19,159 nucleotides of DNA from Pirellulales bacterium (GTDB lineage Bacteria; Planctomycetota; Planctomycetia; Pirellulales; Thermoguttaceae). Shown here piece by piece: positions 16,381 to 19,159 of the stretch. The stretch lies in the NCBI GenBank assembly GCA_016936015.1, contig JAFGPV010000015.1, positions 1-19,159 on the forward strand, in the 5' to 3' direction. The notes below the pieces were generated by a model, which saw nothing but the letters and a program-made list of their open reading frames with translations, was not told the DNA's origin and ran no database searches. A program made the translations under genes and the position numbers. Each line of letters begins with the position of its first letter. Position 1 is the stretch's first letter.

Positions 16381-16683
16381 GTGCCGCTCCCTTCAGACCT
16401 TTTGGGCATAAGCCACCCAAAAGTATTTCTCTCGGCTTACGTAATGTTCTATTGCCGTTTGTGCGGGCGTCTGGTCCCTCCGCGGACTCGTGCTGTTCGT
16501 AAGGTTCTTCAAACGCGATTAAAGCGGTATCCTTATCGCTCGAAAGCGAATCATGTCGTCCGGATCGAACCCAACGGAAAAAGGAAAAAGGTATACGTGG
16601 ATGACCCCGGCGGCGAAGGCCGGGAAATCGTCCACGAGGTACTGGTTTGTCCTCAATGTGCCAAATTCAATGATCCATCCTAA
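16381..16683 (+). CDS. Small, very basic Zn-ribbon protein (two CxxC pairs). The start is uncertain: GTG at 16381 or ATG at 16444.
   Basis: 80-100 aa: ...MFYCRLCGRLVPPRTRAVRKVLQTRLKRYPYRSKANHVVRIEPNGKRKKVYVDDPGGEGREIVHEVLVCPQCAKFNDPS. CRLC and CPQC at either end. A promoter lies upstream and a strong intrinsic terminator follows the TAA directly. The unit fills the gap between two minus-strand tRNA genes. No SD. Confidence 0.45.
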   Translation: MPLPSDLLGISHPKVFLSAYVMFYCRLCGRLVPPRTRAVRKVLQTRLKRYPYRSKANHVVRIEPNGKRKKVYVDDPGGEGREIVHEVLVCPQCAKFNDPS

Positions 16684-16696
16684 AAGTGTCGCTCTA

Positions 16697-16731
16697 CCTT
16701 GCCGCATAAAACGCGGCAAGGTTTTTTCTTT
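16697..16731 (+). terminator. Rho-independent terminator (CCTTGCCGC-ATAAAAC-GCGGCAAGG + TTTTTTCTTTT)
   Basis: 9-bp GC-rich stem, 7-nt loop, T-tract. It lies 14 nt after the stop of the Zn-ribbon ORF and 17 nt before the next minus-strand tRNA. Confidence 0.6.
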
Positions 16732-16747
16732 TCCTTACCGATTGGAA

Positions 16748-16819
16748 TATCCCGACCTGGAGTCGAACCAGGACATGGACCTTCGGAGGGTCCGATGCAC
16801 TCCACTACACTATCGGGAC
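16748..16819 (-). tRNA. tRNA-Arg(CCG), second copy in the window, array version
   Basis: GTCCCGA TA GTGT AGTGGAG TGCAT C GGACC CTCCGAA GGTCC ATGT CCTGG TTCGACT CCAGG TCGGGAT A. G1.U72. Weak D-stem with two G.U pairs. Confidence 0.5.
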
Positions 16820-16904
16820 TCCTCACCAGAGCCGACGACTGGATTTGCACCAGCATGATGCGGTTTACAAAACCGCTGCCTTGCTGTTCGGCCACGTCGG
16901 CAAG

Positions 16905-16974
16905 CAGGAGTGCAAGGATTCGAACCCTGTGGGACGGCTTTGGAGACCGTCGGCTCTCCCAGGAGCACACTCCT
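16905..16974 (-). tRNA. tRNA-Trp(CCA), compressed D-arm
   Basis: AGGAGTG TG CTC CTGGGA GAG CCG ACGGT CTCCAAA GCCGT CCCA CAGGG TTCGAAT CCTTG CACTCCT G. The anticodon arm is almost identical to bacterial tRNA-Trp. Discriminator G73. 70 nt, with a 3-bp D-stem, a 6-nt D-loop and 3 nt where position 26 should be. Confidence 0.5.
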
Positions 16975-17015
16975 GTAATGCCCCCGACCGTTTGGCCGGG
17001 GGCACGGCGTAACGA

Positions 17016-17612
17016 CTACTTCTGCAACTCAACGTTCCAGTACACTTCGCTAACGAACTTCGACCAGCTTGCGATCCGCAGGCTGTGGTCGGCGTACAAC
17101 GGTTTCCATACCGGTCGGACCGGCTTGCGGCGCAACCGCATTCGGGCCTGCTCCGGCGTGCGGTCGGCCTTACGCTTGTTGCAGGCCATGCAGGCCAGCA
17201 CGCAGTTCTCCCAACTCGACACGCCGCCCTGCGACCGCGGCAGGACGTGGTCGATGGTCAGCTCCTCGCTGCCCGGCTGGGCACCGCAGTACTGACAGGT
17301 GCTGTGATCCCGCTTGAACACGTTCCGGCGACTGAAGGTCACCGCGGCCCGCGGCAACCGGTCATAGCCGGTCAGCGTAACCACCTCCGGCACGCGGAGT
17401 CGAAAGCGGACCGCCTGGACGAACGGCTCGTCGGCGCGCGGCATGAGCCTCAACCAATCCTCCCAGGTGTAGAGTTGGAAGTCGTCGGGATCGACCACGC
17501 GGGCCGACTCGTTCCACAACAGGACCAAGGCCCGTGCCACCGTGGCGACGTGGACCGGCTGCCAGTTGCGGTTCAGGACCAGCGTGGGACGCCGAAGCAC
17601 ACTCCGTACCAT
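17016..17612 (-). CDS. HNH endonuclease
   Basis: The ORF extends to 17690, but the likely start is M27 at 17612 (GGGAG 8 nt upstream), giving MVRSVLRRPTLVLNRNWQP... HNH signature CQYCG...LTIDHVLPRSQGG...WENCVLACMACNKRK. About 198 aa. Embedded in the tRNA array in the same orientation. Confidence 0.8.
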   Translation of the reverse strand: MVRSVLRRPTLVLNRNWQPVHVATVARALVLLWNESARVVDPDDFQLYTWEDWLRLMPRADEPFVQAVRFRLRVPEVVTLTGYDRLPRAAVTFSRRNVFKRDHSTCQYCGAQPGSEELTIDHVLPRSQGGVSSWENCVLACMACNKRKADRTPEQARMRLRRKPVRPVWKPLYADHSLRIASWSKFVSEVYWNVELQK

Positions 17613-17700
17613 GATTATTCTCCCTACATATTGGTTCACTCTCATCAAGCGAATCCGGACTTTCGTCATTCGACATTTGAACTTCGTCATTTTCCTCCAG

Positions 17701-17775
17701 GGTGTCTGGCCGGAGTCGAACCGGCACCCTCTGGTTCACAGCCAGCCGTGCAGGAACCGCTACACCACAGACACC
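17701..17775 (-). tRNA. tRNA-His(GTG) with encoded G-1
   Basis: G GTGTCTG TG GTGT AGCGGTTCCT GCAC G GCTGG CTGTGAA CCAGA GGGT GCCGG TTCGACT CCGGC CAGACAC C. The extra 5' G opposite discriminator C73 is the His hallmark. Confidence 0.8.
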
Positions 17776-17781
17776 GTCAGT

Positions 17782-17864
17782 AGGGATTAGAGGCGAGGGA
17801 TTAGGGATTAGTAATGACACCACATCGGGTTTTGCTAATCCCTAATCCCCAATCCCTAAATCCC
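17782..17864. repeat. Hairpin element with heptamer-repeat arms, (A)GGGATT units, and a 23-nt loop
   Basis: agggattagaggcgagggattagggattag - taatgacaccacatcgggttttg - ctaatccctaatccccaatccctaaatccc. Imperfect inverted arms of about 30 nt built from tandem 7-mers. Sits between tRNA-His and tRNA-Arg(TCT). Confidence 0.6.
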
Positions 17865-17873
17865 TTTCACCAG

Positions 17874-17945
17874 CACCCCGACCAGGACTCGAACCCGGAA
17901 CTCCTCGTTAGAACCGAGGCATGATGTCCGTTTCACCATCGGGGC
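17874..17945 (-). tRNA. tRNA-Arg(TCT)
   Basis: GCCCCGA TG GTGA AACGGACA TCAT G CCTCG GTTCTAA CGAGG AGTT CCGGG TTCGAGT CCTGG TCGGGGT G. G1.U72 and G32. Confidence 0.55.
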
Positions 17946-17948
17946 AAG

Positions 17949-18038
17949 CGGAAGGCATGGGATTCGAACCCACATGGCCCCTTACGGGGCCGCACGGTTT
18001 AGCAAACCGGCCCGGCAAACCGTATCCGGCTACCTTCC
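17949..18038 (-). tRNA. tRNA-Ser(GCT), type II
   Basis: GGAAGGT AG CCGG ATACGGTTTG CCGG G CCGGT TTGCTAA ACCGT GCGGCCCCGTAAGGGGCCA GTGGG TTCGAAT CCCAT GCCTTCC G. Long variable-arm hairpin. Discriminator G. Only 3 nt separate it from the previous gene. Confidence 0.65.
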
Positions 18039-18050
18039 GAAGTTTCACAG

Positions 18051-18123
18051 TGATCCCGGACGGAATTGAACCGTCACTTTCCTGGTTGTCACCCAGGTGT
18101 CTTTACCGTTAGACCACGGGATC
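18051..18123 (-). tRNA. tRNA-Val(GAC)
   Basis: GATCCCG TG GTCT AACGGTAA AGAC A CCTGG GTGACAA CCAGG AAAGT GACGG TTCAATT CCGTC CGGGATC A. Fully canonical. Confidence 0.85.
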
Positions 18124-18133
18124 GTCATCGCAA

Positions 18134-18209
18134 TGACGAGAGCGGGAGTCGAACCCGCAAAATCACGAGGCTCTCGACCTCGCCGCTTTTCCAGTTTGCG
18201 TACCTCGTC
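18134..18209 (-). tRNA. Leu-like tRNA (anticodon GAG) with a type-II D-arm but a short variable region and C33
   Basis: GACGAGG TA CGC AAACTGGAAAA GCG G CGAGG TCGAGAG CCTCG TGATTTT GCGGG TTCGACT CCCGC TCTCGTC A. Discriminator A73 (Leu identity). 7-nt variable region instead of a long arm. Paralog of the gene at 18641-18716. Confidence 0.4.
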
Positions 18210-18216
18210 CTAAGTT

Positions 18217-18282
18217 GCGGGTCCGGGGGTTGCACCCGGTGAGCAGAGCTTATGAAGCTCCACTGGGCACTGGCCGACCCGC
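18217..18282 (-). pseudogene. tRNA-like element with CAT anticodon loop, no D-arm, non-standard T-loop
   Basis: Reverse complement GCGGGTC...GGAGC TTCATAA GCTCT...CCGGG TGCAACC CCCGG ACCCGC. Perfect 7-bp acceptor pairing GCGGGTC/GACCCGC. Anticodon loop TTCATAA. The D region CCAGTGCCCAGT cannot form a D-stem. 66 nt. Confidence 0.25.
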
Positions 18283-18293
18283 GGCGTATTCAG

Positions 18294-18363
18294 TTGCAGG
18301 CCCCGGTATCGAACCGGGCGCACCGGCCTTATGGGAGCCAGTTGGGCACCTGCCGCGCCTGCA
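18294..18363 (-). tRNA. tRNA-Met/Ile2-like (anticodon CAT) with a degenerate D-arm and C33
   Basis: TGCAGGC GC GGCAGGTGCCCAAC TGGCT CCCATAA GGCCG GTGCG CCCGG TTCGATA CCGGG GCCTGCA A. Perfect acceptor and T-arm. No pairable D-stem. 70 nt. Confidence 0.3.
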
Positions 18364-18370
18364 GCGACAG

Positions 18371-18454
18371 TGACCAAGGGGAGATTCGAACTCCCAAGCC
18401 CTTTAAGGCACGACGTTCTGAGCGTCGCGCGTCTTCCAGTTGCGCCACTTGGTC
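18371..18454 (-). tRNA. tRNA-Leu(CAG), type II
   Basis: GACCAAG TG GCG CAACTGGAAGA CGC G CGACG CTCAGAA CGTCG TGCCTTAAAGGGCTT GGGAG TTCGAAT CTCCC CTTGGTC A. Canonical. Confidence 0.8.
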
Positions 18455-18464
18455 ATTTCTTCAG

Positions 18465-18538
18465 TGGCCCGTGCGGGAATTGAACCCGCCTTTCCGGCTT
18501 GAGGGGCCAGCGTCCTAAGGCCGATAGACGAACGGGCC
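18465..18538 (-). tRNA. tRNA-Glu(CTC), C33
   Basis: GGCCCGT TC GTCT ATCGGCCTTA GGAC G CTGGC CCCTCAA GCCGG AAAG GCGGG TTCAATT CCCGC ACGGGCC A. The D-arm closely resembles E. coli tRNA-Glu. Confidence 0.6.
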
Positions 18539-18548
18539 GGTTTTTCAG

Positions 18549-18635
18549 TGGGTCGTGAAGGAATTGAACCTCTCGTCGTCCACCTCACTTCTTTTGCGAC
18601 AACGGCTTTACGGGCCGCCGTGAGGAACACAACCC
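18549..18635 (-). tRNA. tRNA-Tyr-like (anticodon GTA) with a truncated D region and an oversized variable arm
   Basis: GGGTTGT GT TCCTCACG GCGGC CCGTAAA GCCGT TGTCGCAAAAGAAGTGAGGTGGACGAC AGAGG TTCAATT CCTTC ACGACCC A. 87 nt. Only 8 nt where the D-arm should be. Weak T-stem. C33. Confidence 0.35.
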
Positions 18636-18640
18636 TCCAG

Positions 18641-18716
18641 TGGCACAGACGGGAGTCGAACCCGCAAAATCACGAAGGTTTGAGCTTGGCCGCTTTTCCG
18701 ATTTGCGTACCGTGCC
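18641..18716 (-). tRNA. Leu-like tRNA (anticodon CAA), type-II D-arm but short variable region
   Basis: GGCACGG TA CGC AAATCGGAAAA GCG G CCAAG CTCAAAC CTTCG TGATTTT GCGGG TTCGACT CCCGT CTGTGCC A. Near-identical backbone to the gene at 18134-18209. Discriminator A73. Confidence 0.4.
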
Positions 18717-18730
18717 TCACTTTTCCAAAG

Positions 18731-18805
18731 CGCCCTCGACGGGATTTGAACCCGCGATCTCCTGCGTGACAGGCAGGCGAGCACTCCAAGCTGCTCCACA
18801 AGGGC
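18731..18805 (-). tRNA. tRNA-Asp(GTC)
   Basis: GCCCTTG TG GAGC AGCTTGGAGT GCTC G CCTGC CTGTCAC GCAGG AGATC GCGGG TTCAAAT CCCGT CGAGGGC G. Canonical. Discriminator G73. Confidence 0.85.
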
Positions 18806-18810
18806 ATGAT

Positions 18811-18923
18811 CGGAGGGATGAAGGATGAAGGATGAGGGATGAGGAAACTCAACCATATCCAGATCAATCCTTCATTCATCCTTCATCCCTCATCCTTCAT
18901 CCCTCATCCTTCATCCCTCATCC
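18811..18923. repeat. Hairpin element made of tandem heptamers GGATGA(A/G) and their complement TCATCC(C/T), with a 24-nt loop
   Basis: Left arm ggagggatgaaggatgaaggatgagggatgagg. Loop aaactcaaccatatccagatcaat. Right arm ccttcattcatccttcatccctcatccttcatccctcatccttcatccctcatcc, about 7.5 heptamer units. Same architecture as the element at 17782-17864. Confidence 0.6.
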
Positions 18924-18925
18924 AG

Positions 18926-18998
18926 TGGTCCTGGGCGGACTCGAACCGCCGATCGTCACCTTGTAAGGGTGCTGCCGTCGCCGCTGGGCCACAGGACC
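18926..18998 (-). tRNA. tRNA-Val(TAC)
   Basis: GGTCCTG TG GCCC AGCGGCGA CGGC A GCACC CTTACAA GGTGA CGATC GGCGG TTCGAGT CCGCC CAGGACC A. Confidence 0.75.
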
Positions 18999-19009
18999 AT
19001 AATTCAAAG

Positions 19010-19095
19010 CGGAAGCCGTGGGACTCGAACCCATAAGCGGCTGCTCGCCGCCACCTGTTTTCAAGACAGGCTCCTCATCCGGCCGGATGACTTCC
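19010..19095 (-). tRNA. tRNA-Ser(TGA), type II
   Basis: GGAAGTC A TCC GGCCGGATGA GGA G CCTGT CTTGAAA ACAGG TGGCGGCGAGCAGCCGCT TGGG TTCGAGT CCCA C GGCTTCC G. The acceptor and anticodon arms are nearly identical to E. coli tRNA-Ser(UGA). Only one nucleotide lies between the acceptor and the D-stem. Confidence 0.65.
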
Positions 19096-19105
19096 GTCTG
19101 TGAAG

Positions 19106-19159
19106 CTGCGGGAGCTGGACTTGAACCAACATGACGACGTTCAGAGCGTCGCATCCTGC
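19106..19159 (-). tRNA. tRNA-Gln(CTG), 3' part only (5' end lies beyond the window edge)
   Basis: ...CGACG CTCTGAA CGTCG TCAT GTTGG TTCAAGT CCAGC TCCCGCA G. The window ends inside the D-arm. Confidence 0.5.

Noticed and set aside
17782-18923. Heptamer repeat tracts as a possible CRISPR array
   Set aside because: Units are 7 nt, tandem and without spacers. The inverted-arm hairpin architecture is not CRISPR-like. No cas genes.

Overview
GC-rich bacterial window that looks Planctomycetota-like. Left to right it holds a tandem RidA/YjgF-like gene (353-1687) carrying a 45-codon in-frame palindromic MITE-like insertion, a DUF1549/DUF1553 (PSCyt2/PSD1) secreted protein, a Tat-signal DUF1501 sulfatase-like protein, and a giant (about 1300 aa) secreted protein whose N-terminus has a planctomycete-type LExLExRxxLS-like motif and whose C-terminus has a CarboxypepD_reg-like domain, a Thr/Ser-rich linker and a minimal HExxHxxGxxH (metzincin-like) module. 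Convergent to it is a Cys-rich BBP7-like outer-membrane beta-barrel gene. Then come a canonical tRNA-Arg(CCG) in a low-GC island, a secreted hypothetical protein, and an SPFH/band-7 protein with a triplicated N-terminal segment. The right-hand 3.5 kb (15.6-19.2 kb) is the most unusual part: a dense minus-strand array of about 19 tRNA and tRNA-like genes with 3-10 nt spacers. Several are non-canonical (G1.U72, G8, C33, a 6-nt anticodon loop, D-arm-deficient CAT pair, Leu-like genes with short variable arm). The array holds four different Arg isoacceptors. It is interrupted by an HNH endonuclease gene, by an opposite-strand cassette (extended -10 promoter, basic Zn-ribbon mini-ORF, intrinsic terminator), and by two hairpin elements built from tandem heptamer repeats that share their architecture with the element inserted in the RidA-like gene. 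All calls come from reading the sequence. No database search or folding program was run.
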